A program made the translations under genes and the position numbers. Shown here one piece after another: positions 1-10,362 of a DNA stretch of 64,000 nt. The first letter of the stretch is position 1, and each line of letters starts with the position of its first letter. Source of the stretch: Thecamonas trahens ATCC 50062 (lineage: Eukaryota > Protista > Apusomonadida); NCBI RefSeq assembly GCF_000142905.1, contig NW_013657617.1, forward strand, positions 141,261-205,260. The letters are read 5' to 3'. The notes beneath the pieces are model-generated. The model worked only from the letters and a program-made list of their open reading frames with translations, made no database searches and was not told the origin of the DNA.

Positions 1-3000
1 TACTTTGTCAACAGTGACGGGGCGGGCAGCTTTGCGCCGTTCCTCCTTGTCTCGTATGTGGCCTACTCGCCGCGAGTAGTGCGGGTGGTCGACCTCGACG
101 GCGACTCGGACCTCGACCTGGTGGTGGCGTCGTCTACGTCGGATGGCGTGGCGTGGTTCCCGGGGCGGACCCGTAACGCATGGACAACTGTACGTGTACC
201 GACCTCGCTCAGCATGGTGTACGAGTCGCGGGCATGTGGCGTCGACAAGTTCTCGCTCCTCTGTCTCCTCGACAACATCCGGCGGACCTCGCTCTGCGTT
301 CGTGACACACTGCTGCTGGAGCCTGGGGTGTACAGCTGTCGCGGCGGGGCACATGCGTCGATTGGGCGGACGCTCACGCTCGCGCCACGGGTGCCCGGTA
401 CAGTCTCGTTTGATTGTGACGGTGGAGTGCTCTTTCTTGTCACGGCCTCGCCGACGTTTGTTGAGGCCCGCGGCGACGTCGAGATCCGCGACGTCGAGCT
501 GACCCGCCTCGGACAGGGAAGCCACGGCATCGAGGCGTCGCCGGGCATCCGAATCTCAGGCGACGGCGCTCGGCTGGTTCTCACTTCGGTCTCGATTCGC
601 GAGTCCAAGACCGAGAACCTGCCTGGTCAGGTGTACGTCGACGAGGGCCTCGGCGGAGTGCTGCTTGCCGTGAGCGGCGGGCGGCTGGAGGTCAACAACT
701 CGACGATCGAGCAGACATCGACGACGGGCGCCGGCGGCGCGATTGCCTGTCGTGGCGTCGGCTCGTCGGTCCTGGCCAGCCACTCACGAATCGCGAGCTG
801 CTCGGCGAGTGAGCGCGGCGGTGGCCTTGCGGTGGTCGACGGCGGCTCGGCTGTGCTTCATCAGTCAGTGGTGGAGAGCAACACAGCGAGTAGCGGTGGT
901 GGCGGCGGAATCTACGTCTCGGGCACCAGCACCCTCAAGGTGACCGGTGGCGAGATCCGCGGCAACAGCGGCGGCGGGGCCGGTGGTGGAATCTTGGTCG
1001 CGGCCACCGGTCGCGGCGAACTGTTGGGTGTGACCGTGCGCGGCAACAGCGGTGGATCGGGCGGCGGGCTTGCGGTGGCGAGCGAGGCGGTGGCGTCAGC
1101 GGTGGCGATTCTGCAGTCGGCAGCAGACATGCCGCGTGCAGACCCGAGTGCGGACAGCTACGTCGGGCCTGGGCCCGAGTCGACTGCGGCGCTAGTCTTG
1201 ACCGATGTCAGCGTTGTCGACAACGTTGCACGAATGCATGGCGGCGGCGCGAGCGTGTGCGGCGGACGTGTGGTGATCTCGGGCACTTCCTCGCGTTGGG
1301 CGGGTAATGCGGCGCAGCGGACGCCGGTTGCGATGCGCAGCTCGGCGGATGTGTTTGTGTGCGCGCCGTCGGCGTCATGGACAGGAGCTGCGAGCCGCGA
1401 GAGCGCGGACAGCCTTCCGTGGCTCCGGATTGCGCCGGCGGTGTTTGGTGGCGGCATGGCGGGCGCAGCCATCCATGGACCTCCGGCGGCACTCGAGTGG
1501 GCGAGCGCTCCGAGTCGAAGCCTGCAGGCTGGCGAACCAATGAGCGGCCGGGTGCGAGCCCGCGACTGGCTCGGAGAGCCTGTGGTGTACACTGGAGTGC
1601 AGCTCAGAATGAGGTTCCCCAGCATGGGATCCGGACTTGGAATTGTGGAGGCGCCGCAGCCGACGACGTTCACCGAGTCGTCGCCGATCCCAGCAGTGCG
1701 GCTCGGGGCGATGTCGGCCGAGAGCGTACCGGTGGATGTGGCATTCACGGTCGAGGTGAGTGGGGCCGGAGGCGCGCTGCCTGTGGCGAGCGTGGGCGGA
1801 CAGGTGGCCGTCACGGCATGTCGCGGCGGATTTGGCGTCGAGAGCTTGGTAACGGCAGACGCGGCCGATGTTGTGCTCGGGTGCCGGGCGTGCGACGCCG
1901 GAACAGGTGCTGTAGCCGGGTTCAACACATGCGGTGGCATTCCCGAGTGCGCTGCCAACACGGCGCGGATCAACACGACGGGGCTCAACGCAGGATCGGT
2001 GGAGCCGTGCTTCTGCCTGCCAGGGTTTTGGAGCGAGAGCGGCGAGAGCGACGTGGCGTGTGTGGGGTGTCCGCCTGGCGGAGTGTGCGTAGGCGGGACG
2101 GCGCGGCCGGTGGCGGCGCCGGGCTTTTTCCCCGACGCCAGCGATAGCGCGCTGTTTCTGGCGTGCCCGACGGCCGAGGCGTGCTCAGGCAGCGGGATGT
2201 GCGCGACCGGGTACGAGGGCCAGCTGTGCGCGTCGTGCGCCGCGGGCTACTTTTCGCTCCGCGGACGATGCTACCGATGCAAGACCGAGGCAAACACTGC
2301 GGTGATGGTGGTGATTGTGGCGGTGGTGGCGGTGGTCCTTGCGATACTCCTCGGATTCAACCTCTCGGACAGCGTGCGGTATAAGTTTGCGGCGGCGATG
2401 ATCGGGCTCAACGCGCTGCAGATCTCAGCCATCTACGGGCAGCTGGAGCTGGAGTGGGGCGACTGGGCAGAGCTGTACTTTGAGGCCATCTCGTCGTTCA
2501 ACCTCAATCTCGAGCTGACCTCGCCCGAGTGCTCGCTTGGGCGCGAAGTCGATGTCTGGGTCATCAAGTTGGTGCTTACACTTCTGCTTCCGATTGCGGT
2601 GGCGGCGTGCCTGGCGTTGGTAGCGGGCGGCGCTGCGCTGCTTGCAAGCAGCGGCATCGGATGGCTCGGACGGAAGAGCGTGCGCGAGGTGGGCAACGCG
2701 TACGTGCGGACGCTGTTCCAGACCCTTGTTCTCCTCTATCTCCCGCTGTCGTCTGCGGCGTTTCGGCTCTTTGACTGCCGGCGCAACGAGGCTGGCAGCT
2801 GGGTGCTTGCAAGGACTGCGCGGCGGTGCTACGATTCCAAGTGGTGGGCGCTGCTCCCGATCGCACTCACAGGGGTGGTGGCGTACGCGCTGGCGATCCC
2901 CAGCGCCGTGGTGTGGGTGCTCAAGCGGCGACGGGCCGAGCTCGATCAGCTCACGTTTGTGCTCCGGTACGGGTTCCTTGTGGGCCGGTTCACTGCTTCG

Positions 3001-3816
3001 GCGTGGTGGTTTGAGGCAGCCATCATGGGGCGCAAGCTCGTTGTTGTGGTGTGCATGACGTTCTTTGTGGGCGACGACTCGAAAGCGTCTGCGGCGGCGG
3101 TGTCGCTCGCGGTGGCACTCGTGCACGTGGTGCAGGTGCATCCTTACGGCCGCGAGCTGCATAACAGGCTCGCTATGATTGTGCTTGGATCGTGTGCCCT
3201 CGTCCTCGAGGCCGGTACCTTTGACGACAAGCGGCTGCGGCAGGGCTTTGTGCTCGGCGGGCTTGCGGTCAACGTGCTCGCGATCGTGATAGGCAACGCG
3301 CTCGATGTCCGGCTCATGCTTGCGGTCGAGGCCAAGGCCAACGACGAGTTTTTCTCGCCAGACACGACGCTCGAGCTCGCGTCGATGCCGCTCCAGCTGG
3401 AAGAGCCGAGCAACAACGGTGTGACGATGGACTCGGTAGCGCTTGATGACGTCGGCAGCAGCTTTCCGGTGGCGCGGCAGCAGGCCGGTGTCAGCGACAC
3501 CGAGTATGGTGACAGCACAGCCAGTTGCGCCAACACGCCCACGCACGGCACGGTCTCCAGCATTGTGGTCGATGAAAGCGCAGCGGGCGTCTCGACCGTG
3601 GTCTTGTCGACGACTCGAGCGCGGCCGCCGCTGCCGCCGCCTCCATCGTCGTCGTCACCGTTTCACATGACAGAGCATACACCCGCGTACGACCCGCTCT
3701 CCAGCATCCAAGGCGCTGGAAGCACGGCGGGCGTTTCAACCATCGCCTCGACGACGACTCGAGCGCCGCCGCCGCCACTGCTGCCTCGGTCGTCATCATC
3801 GTCGTCGTCGTCATGA
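1..3816 (+). CDS. 5'-truncated large receptor-like membrane protein: FG-GAP/VCBS repeat, right-handed beta-helix (PMP-like GGA/GGG repeats), Cys-rich EGF/TNFR-like region, ~7-8 TM helices, Pro/Ser-rich tail
   Basis: The frame is open from base 1 (YFVNSDGAGSF...). Motifs: DLDGDSDLDL; repeated N-x-A/S-x-x-GGG/GGA; CxxC...C clusters (CFCLPGFW, CPPGGVC, CATGYEGQLCASC); multiple hydrophobic helices including FDC...C(Y)...W...YxxxIP. Confidence 0.85.
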   Translation, partial: YFVNSDGAGSFAPFLLVSYVAYSPRVVRVVDLDGDSDLDLVVASSTSDGVAWFPGRTRNAWTTVRVPTSLSMVYESRACGVDKFSLLCLLDNIRRTSLCVRDTLLLEPGVYSCRGGAHASIGRTLTLAPRVPGTVSFDCDGGVLFLVTASPTFVEARGDVEIRDVELTRLGQGSHGIEASPGIRISGDGARLVLTSVSIRESKTENLPGQVYVDEGLGGVLLAVSGGRLEVNNSTIEQTSTTGAGGAIACRGVGSSVLASHSRIASCSASERGGGLAVVDGGSAVLHQSVVESNTASSGGGGGIYVSGTSTLKVTGGEIRGNSGGGAGGGILVAATGRGELLGVTVRGNSGGSGGGLAVASEAVASAVAILQSAADMPRADPSADSYVGPGPESTAALVLTDVSVVDNVARMHGGGASVCGGRVVISGTSSRWAGNAAQRTPVAMRSSADVFVCAPSASWTGAASRESADSLPWLRIAPAVFGGGMAGAAIHGPPAALEWASAPSRSLQAGEPMSGRVRARDWLGEPVVYTGVQLRMRFPSMGSGLGIVEAPQPTTFTESSPIPAVRLGAMSAESVPVDVAFTVEVSGAGGALPVASVGGQVAVTACRGGFGVESLVTADAADVVLGCRACDAGTGAVAGFNTCGGIPECAANTARINTTGLNAGSVEPCFCLPGFWSESGESDVACVGCPPGGVCVGGTARPVAAPGFFPDASDSALFLACPTAEACSGSGMCATGYEGQLCASCAAGYFSLRGRCYRCKTEANTAVMVVIVAVVAVVLAILLGFNLSDSVRYKFAAAMIGLNALQISAIYGQLELEWGDWAELYFEAISSFNLNLELTSPECSLGREVDVWVIKLVLTLLLPIAVAACLALVAGGAALLASSGIGWLGRKSVREVGNAYVRTLFQTLVLLYLPLSSAAFRLFDCRRNEAGSWVLARTARRCYDSKWWALLPIALTGVVAYALAIPSAVVWVLKRRRAELDQLTFVLRYGFLVGRFTASAWWFEAAIMGRKLVVVVCMTFFVGDDSKASAAAVSLAVALVHVVQVHPYGRELHNRLAMIVLGSCALVLEAGTFDDKRLRQGFVLGGLAVNVLAIVIGNALDVRLMLAVEAKANDEFFSPDTTLELASMPLQLEEPSNNGVTMDSVALDDVGSSFPVARQQAGVSDTEYGDSTASCANTPTHGTVSSIVVDESAAGVSTVVLSTTRARPPLPPPPSSSSPFHMTEHTPAYDPLSSIQGAGSTAGVSTIASTTTRAPPPPLLPRSSSSSSSS

Positions 3817-3860
3817 CCATTCGTTGTAAAACCAGTTTAACCGGGCGCACCACCGCCCCT

Positions 3861-3920
3861 GGTGCTGGCGCTGGCGCTGGCGCTGGCGCTGGCTCTGGCG
3901 CTGGCGCTGGCTCTGGCTCT
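3861..3920. repeat. (GGCGCT/GGCTCT)n hexamer microsatellite
   Basis: Directly visible tandem repeat. Confidence 0.8.
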
Positions 3921-4977
3921 CGCCGCCGCTGCCCCTGTCGTTGTCATCATCGTCATCCATGACGCTCGCCCCCAATCGACTTGATCACCTTTTCCAGTTG
4001 GGCGACTTGCGCGAGCACATCACCACCACCAGCAGTACCATCGGCTCCGGCAAACACTTTGACCGCACTCAGAACGGCCATCATCTTTTCGGCCACAGCC
4101 CGGACGAGTTTGGCGAACGAGTCCGTGCGAGGGTGAGCCTGTGGCAGTGGCAGTAGCAGTGGCAGTGGCACCGACGCTGGCTTTGGCACTCGACTCTCTT
4201 TTTCGGAGAGGGAGCGAGTCACCCATGGCTGCTGGTTCCCCTCCGGCTGGGAGCCGACTTGCCACCGAGGGCAAGTACCGGTAGCAGCCATACTGATCAG
4301 AACCAATGACATGTACGTGACCGTAAGGATGTGCTTGTGTACGGCGTGGGGGGTTGTTCCTGGTAGTATTGACTCTGGCTTGCACCACGCCGTGGCTTGT
4401 GGCCGGGACTCGCTCCGGGATGGATGCCAGTGTCCTCTGATGGCGGCGAGTTGCGGTTCGGGCAGGGCGACGGAGTGATTTTTTAATATATTTTTTGTGT
4501 TTGCATGAGGGGGCGAGATTGTGGCGGTGTGATTGCAGCTGCAAGGCTTGTGATGCGAGGCAAGGAAAGGGTTTGAAAGATGCGGAATGAGCGGGAGAGG
4601 GGGGAGAGCGTTCTCATTGTGTTGCCTGCGGACGATTTTACGTCTTGCGGGGTGTCAAGAATGAGATAGATTGAAAGGGCGGTGGCTCTGCGTCATAGGA
4701 GCCCAGGGCACGTGTTGCTCTGGGCGCCGCTGCGGGCCGCTGCCCGACACTTGTAATCACGGTTACATGCATGTATGTGCGGCTGCGGCTGCGGCTGCTG
4801 TGACTGATGCGGAACTCATGGATGAATGTGCGTGGCGTGTGTAGGCGGACGGGCGTGGTGCGCGAGTGCAGGCGATTTGGGGCTGTGGACAGAGGGATGC
4901 GATGCTGGCTGGTAGCGTGGTGTAGCAATAACATCTAGAGTCCTTGTGTGGTTGTCGATGTGTTTATGGCCAGCATG

Positions 4978-7719
4978 CTAGGTGGAGGACGAGGAGGAAA
5001 AGGGCGGGACGGGGGAGGGGGCCGGGTGCGGCGAAGAGAGGTTGTCGTCCGAGTCAAAGCGCATGCGCGGGATGGGCGCCGAGGTGGCCATGGCGGCGCG
5101 CGACATGCGGCGGGCCTTGAGATCGCGGGCCTTGAACGGGTCGAGCATGCCGAGGACGCGCTCAATATCGGCGGCCAGCTTGCGCTCGGTCTTGTCGACG
5201 CGGTCTGAGATGAGGTCGAAGAGGGTGTTGAACTCGTAGTCGCCGATGTCGCGGAGAGTGATGATCTTCTGGGCGACGGTGTGCTGCTTGCGGACGAGGT
5301 CCGAGGCCATGGCGGCGCGCTCGGCGGTGGAGAGCTGGTTGTCGTTGTCAAGGTCGTATGTTGCCATGACCTCGTCGACGTCGCCGTCAAAGTAGCCGCG
5401 TGACTCGGCCATAACCTCGAGCAGCTCCTCGCGGTCGAGGAGGCCGTCTTGGTTGACATCTGCGCGGCGGATGGAGCGCTGGAGCGAGGCGGCCTTCTTC
5501 TGGAGATTGAGCGTCTTGACGAGCTTGCGGCCGAGGCCTGTGGTGGATGCCCATGCCATGGTCTTTTGGATAAAGGTGGGCTCCTTGGCGCGAGCGAGGT
5601 CTCGGGCGACGTCGTTGTACGCGTTGTCGACAATGGCGAGGAACATAGCGAGAATGACAAAGAAGACGAGGATGACAAAGGTGAAGAAGAAGATGGGCCC
5701 AAAGACACGGTTCGAGTGGCGAAGGGCGTCAAAGTCGAACTGGCCAAGAGTGGCAAGGAGCATGGTGTAGATGGTGAGGCCGAGGGTGTCGAAGCCCTCG
5801 ACGTCCGAGCCAAAGGCGAGCGAGCCGGCCTGGGCAAAGCCAAACATGACAAAGAAGAACATGAGGACAAAGAAGAACATGGGCCGGAAGGCGCGGACGC
5901 AGACGCGGGCGATCATGGACATCTTGGGCTCAAACGAGGTGTACTTGAAGATCTTGAACCAGAGCATAAAGGCGTTGCAGGCGAGGATGTTCTTCTCTGT
6001 GGCATCCCAGAAGACGATCTCCTGAAAGTTGTAGAACGAGTCGCGCGCGGCAGGCTGGATGTTGAGAGCGTCAAACTGGCGGATGGCCTTGATGCGGATG
6101 CCGACGACGGCGAGGAATAGGACGACGTTGAGGATGTCAAAGTAGTTCCAGCCGTCGCGCCAGTACTTTGTCCACGAGTGCTTGAAGGCCCGGACACGGT
6201 CGGCGCGGGTGAGCGGGCCCTCGGCGTCGGCGACGCGGTTTTGCGAGCGAAGCCACTTGCGGTGGCGGACGACGTCGTGGAAGATCTCGGCAAACTCCTC
6301 GCCAACAAAGAAGCAGACAAAGACGACGAGCATGATCTCGCCGGCGAGGAACCACTTGCCGGCCTCGCCGCGGATGGGGTAGAGGCGGAGGACGCGGAAC
6401 TTGTAGTCGGGGTAGATGCCGCCCGAGGGAAGGAACTCAAACTGAAGCTGAACGACACAGAAGAGGTTGATGTTCGGGTTGTAGGTGGAAAAGTCGACAA
6501 AGACGGCGCGGGTCTGGGCGTCGAGCCAGCCGTTGTTCTTGAGGAACTGAAGTCGGGCCGTCTCGTTGGCGACCGAGGTGACGCCGATGTGGTGGACAAA
6601 GCCGCCGCCGTCATACCGGCGCCAGCGGGCGAGCTGTGGGTTGGTGTCGAGCTCCTCTCCAGAGGTGTAGCTCCACACGTTGCCCGGCCCGTAGCTCACG
6701 CGCGACTCTTCGCCGATGGCGTACCGGCCGTGGCACGACGAGATGTACGACTGAAAGGCCTTGGGCACGGTGCACAAGCCGGAGCGGACGCGGATCTGGC
6801 GGACACGTGCGCCGCCGACGAGGTAATTGGTCCCGTACATGACGCCTGGCCCCGCGCCTTGGTCTGCGAGTAAGCCGGCGACAAACGGGCCTTCCATGTA
6901 CTCCCAGAACTCGTCAAAGGTGACGATGGAGAAGAAGTTCTTGAGCGTCTTGATGCCCGGGACCTCTTCGGCGAGGAACAAGTCCTTCATGAGGTCGTTG
7001 TGCTGAAAGGCGAAGAGCGGATCGCGCATGTAGAGAACGACAAGGGTAAAGGTGGCGAGAAAGGCAAAGTAGATGAGTATCTCCAGCCCCACGCCCGGCG
7101 CCTCGCACCGCGGACGCATGAACTTGTAGTTGCCGTCCTCGGTCTTTTCAAAGAACCGAAACTGCTCGCGTCCGGCCTGCAGCGTCGACTTTGCTGCCGA
7201 GAGGAAGCGCCTGCCCATCGAAGGCGAGCCGTTGCCCGGCGCGGCGCTCTCGGCCTCATCACCGGGCTTGTTAGCTTGAGCGGATGATGAGGCGTCAAGA
7301 TGGCCCGAGACTGAAGCTGAAGCCGTTGTCAAAGGCGGACCAGACCGAGCAGGGCCAAAGTCCGAGACGCTGGCTAGCTTGCTTGTCGATGCCGAGGCGA
7401 GACCGTGACCATGGCCTCCGGACCGTCCTACTTGCTGACCTCTCCGCGGGGCATTGTCCTCAGTGAACGCCACCGTCTTGCGTCTGCGACCAGCACCCGC
7501 ACCCGCAGCTGTATTAGGGTGGCCTGCGGCTGTGTTCCATCCTCCGCGTCGACCTCCTCCTCCTCCTCGTCCTGTGCTTCCTCCGCGGCGGTGTGCGGCA
7601 GGAGGCGCCACACCAGCCAGTTGGCTTCGAGGTGTGGACGAGTTCATCGAACCTGACGAGGAGGCTGGGGAGAGTACTTGCTTGTGGTTCCCGTTGCTGC
7701 CAACTGTCTCCCTTGCCAT
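4978..7719 (-). CDS. PKD2: Polycystin-2 / TRPP cation channel with two C-terminal EF-hands and a coiled coil
   Basis: TOP-domain motifs (RVRQIRVRSGLC, GWLDAQTRAVFVDFSTYNPNINLF, FEFLPSGG), WNYFD, six TMs, pore LGQFDF, MFLAIVDNAY, EF-hands DVNQDGLLDREE and DLDNDNQLSTAE. Start placed at MARETV, the first ATG after the C-rich leader. Confidence 0.93.
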   Translation of the reverse strand: MARETVGSNGNHKQVLSPASSSGSMNSSTPRSQLAGVAPPAAHRRGGSTGRGGGGGRRGGWNTAAGHPNTAAGAGAGRRRKTVAFTEDNAPRRGQQVGRSGGHGHGLASASTSKLASVSDFGPARSGPPLTTASASVSGHLDASSSAQANKPGDEAESAAPGNGSPSMGRRFLSAAKSTLQAGREQFRFFEKTEDGNYKFMRPRCEAPGVGLEILIYFAFLATFTLVVLYMRDPLFAFQHNDLMKDLFLAEEVPGIKTLKNFFSIVTFDEFWEYMEGPFVAGLLADQGAGPGVMYGTNYLVGGARVRQIRVRSGLCTVPKAFQSYISSCHGRYAIGEESRVSYGPGNVWSYTSGEELDTNPQLARWRRYDGGGFVHHIGVTSVANETARLQFLKNNGWLDAQTRAVFVDFSTYNPNINLFCVVQLQFEFLPSGGIYPDYKFRVLRLYPIRGEAGKWFLAGEIMLVVFVCFFVGEEFAEIFHDVVRHRKWLRSQNRVADAEGPLTRADRVRAFKHSWTKYWRDGWNYFDILNVVLFLAVVGIRIKAIRQFDALNIQPAARDSFYNFQEIVFWDATEKNILACNAFMLWFKIFKYTSFEPKMSMIARVCVRAFRPMFFFVLMFFFVMFGFAQAGSLAFGSDVEGFDTLGLTIYTMLLATLGQFDFDALRHSNRVFGPIFFFTFVILVFFVILAMFLAIVDNAYNDVARDLARAKEPTFIQKTMAWASTTGLGRKLVKTLNLQKKAASLQRSIRRADVNQDGLLDREELLEVMAESRGYFDGDVDEVMATYDLDNDNQLSTAERAAMASDLVRKQHTVAQKIITLRDIGDYEFNTLFDLISDRVDKTERKLAADIERVLGMLDPFKARDLKARRMSRAAMATSAPIPRMRFDSDDNLSSPHPAPSPVPPFSSSSST

Positions 7720-8135
7720 GGTGTGTGGGGTGAATGGGTGGGTGGGTGGGTGGGGGGGGTGGTGGGGCGGGAAGTCGGGTGGAAGGCGGTGAGTGGCGGG
7801 AAGTGGGAGAGGCGGGCGGGGGGGGAAAGGGAGAGGTAGGGGGTTTTTTGGGAAGGTTGGTGGGAGTGGGTGGAGGCGGGGGGAGTGGGTGTGTGGGGGG
7901 GGGTGGAGGAGGAGGAGGAGGAGATGGAAGGAGGGGAGGGGGATGATGTAGGGGGAGGGGGAGAGGATGGTTGTGAGAGGTGGATGTGAGAGGGAGGGGG
8001 GGAGTTGATGTGTTGGCCGGGTCTTTTGAGGGGTTGTTTTTCTGCTGTTTTTTTCTACGTTTGGTGATGGTGTTGCGCGTCCTGGTTCCACACTGGGTCG
8101 GCTGAGAGGGCAGAGGACAGAGATGGCAGGCGAGG

Positions 8136-8738
8136 TTACATGTAGTAGCCGTCACAGGCCTCAATGCAGATGCTGCACTCGCAGGTCTTGGTATTGTAGC
8201 GACTGAGGCCGAGCTCGAGTGCGGTCCGGTGGTTGCGAGCCGCCTGTCCGGCGTCGAGGAACGTGGTGGCGACAAGGGGTGGCGTTGAGAAGCAGTCCCA
8301 ATCCGTGTTGATCTTGTACACAAAGCAGCCAACAAAGTAGCCCTCAATGTAGAGCGGAACAAGGAGCTGCGGGTGACGCGAGCCGACATGGGCGCCGGCC
8401 ATGGATGAGCTCGCGAGGTCGAGCGAGTCGTGGAAGTCTGCAGCCGAGTAGTAGTCAGTGTCGACCCGGCGCCGAAGCTGATCAAGTGCGTGCTTGCCGA
8501 CCATTGTTGTCGTGTACTCACGGAGGTCGCTGCCCTCAATCATGCGAATCTAGACGCGGAGCGGAGTGAGTTGTGTGCCGAGTTGTGTGCCGCAGCGCAA
8601 AGTAGCAGGAATGAGGGGAGGAAGACGGTGGGGAGCAGCAGGACGACGTACAATGTCAATGTCGCTCATCTTGGCAAGCTCGTCGGCATCGCTCTGGGAG
8701 CGGGGGCGGGGGCGGGAGCGGGTCGGAATGATGGACAT
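8136..8738 (-). CDS. Hypothetical protein (~165 aa, two exons) with a C-terminal Cys cluster
   Basis: Exon 1 MSIIPTR...SDIDI. A phase-0 intron at 8651-8550 (GTACGT...CTCAC...TAG) joins it in frame to IRMIEGSDLRE... The protein ends CECSICIEACDGYYM. Confidence 0.6.
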
Positions 8739-9465
8739 GTTGGAAGAGATGGAGTTGAGTGTGTGGATGCCGAGGCGTGTGGTGGTGTGCCTATCTGCCC
8801 TTGCTTTTTGACTAGGTTCCATGTGTGCCTTGAAAGTGTCAAACTGAAATACTGCAGCCGTCCGTGCGCTCCTTGCATTTGTTCTCCTGATGCGCAAAGA
8901 GGACAATGCAGGGAAGCTTCCTCCGACCGTCGCCCTTCTGCCGCACATGAGCGGCAGTGTGCATGCGAGTGTGATGTACATGTGTGTGCGTGCGTGTGTG
9001 TGTGTGTTGGTTGTGGCGAGTGTGAAGGAGATGTCCCGGCGAAGAACGAGAGAGTGTGTGCCCTTTCTTGAAATGTGTTCCCTTCCGCTTCCTTCGTGAA
9101 GGGGGTGCCGGGGTGGGGTGGGGGTGGGGGTGGTGGGGGATGTTTGGAATGTGTAGAAAGGGGAGGGATGTAAGGGAGGGCAGTGTGGGTGTGCGTGGTG
9201 ATGTGGGTGTGGGAGGGGAATGGGGCGGCATGTGTGGTGGAAATTGGTCGGTGCCGTCCGGTGCACCGGTCAAATGGTTGGTCGTCCCGTCGCACTCTGG
9301 TGTGTTCGGCCGGCCAACCGTCAGCCGACAGCTTGCCGGCAGGCCCAAGGCGGTGTGACGGTGCTACCGGGCACTTCACCTCGTCAACAAGGACAAAGAC
9401 AAGGACGTGTGGTCTTTGATTATCTCTTTTGAGCACGAGTGGGTAACAGGCGTGTGTGCGTCGTA

Positions 9466-10099
9466 ATGGAGCTGCTTGTGTTGGTCAAGGCCGACGCGCC
9501 CAACGTGCTCGAGGAGGTGAAGCAGCTGGTGCTTGAGGCGGATTCGGATGTCAATGCGCGGGATCATACCATGTATGCTGTGGGTTGAGGAGGGTGGGGG
9601 GTGGGTGGGGGTGGGGTGAGGGGATGACTCATATGGTGATGCGGATTGGGCTGGCTTGGCGGTGGCGTTGATGCGGATTGGTTGGTGGTGGCGGTGGTGG
9701 TGGCGGTGGCGGTGGCGGTGGCGGTGGCGTTGATGCGGATTGGTGGTGATGGTGGTGCGGATCGATCGGCGGGTTGGTGGGTTGGCGGGATGCGGGCTGG
9801 TAATGGCTGGGAACGACAGGGCTACGGCACTGCACTGTGCGGCGCAGACGGGCCAGGAGGATGTGCTGCTTTTTCTCATCGGAAAGGGCGCATCGGTGCG
9901 GGCACAGGACAACAAGGGCCACACGCCGCTGCATGTGGCGATTCTCTCCAATCAGGTTGCGACGGCAGCGTTGCTCGTCGAGTTCTCGCTGGCCTCGGAC
10001 TTGCTCATCAAGGACATCAACGACAAGACCCCGCTGGACATGGCAGCAACGACACCAGCCATGAACCAAGTCGTCGCCCTCGACCGTGCTCTCGACTAG
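9466..10099 (+). CDS. Small ankyrin-repeat protein (two exons)
   Basis: Exon 1 MELLVLVK...DVNARDHT, intron 9573-9819 (GTATGC...CAG), then TALHCAAQTG, GHTPLHVA and KTPLDMA ankyrin motifs. Confidence 0.85.
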
Positions 10100-10362
10100 G
10101 TCTCTGGCAGATCCAGATCGAGTTCACCCTCCTGCGCGTGTACGCATGTAGTAGACGATTGAACAAGGTGATCACCCCCTCACCCACCCCATCCCCCATG
10201 ATCACCCCTTCACCCACCCCATCCCCCGCAATCGCTCCCTCACTCCATTCCCCCCCAATCGCCCCATACTCGCCCCATCCCCCCAGTCACCCCCCCCCCC
10301 TCCCCCACCCCACCCCACCCCACCCCCATCCCCCTCACCACCACCACTCCACGCAGACCACT

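Noticed and set aside
3953-4312. Small minus-strand ORF with a helical-looking C-terminus
   Set aside because: No family motif or convincing exon structure, so it is not supportable as a gene.
7720-8091. Pro/His-rich N-terminal extensions in the ORF track (PKD2, TACO1, CorA, RUN, kinase, membrane protein)
   Set aside because: They start at non-ATG codons and translate C-rich leader tracts, so they are treated as non-coding.
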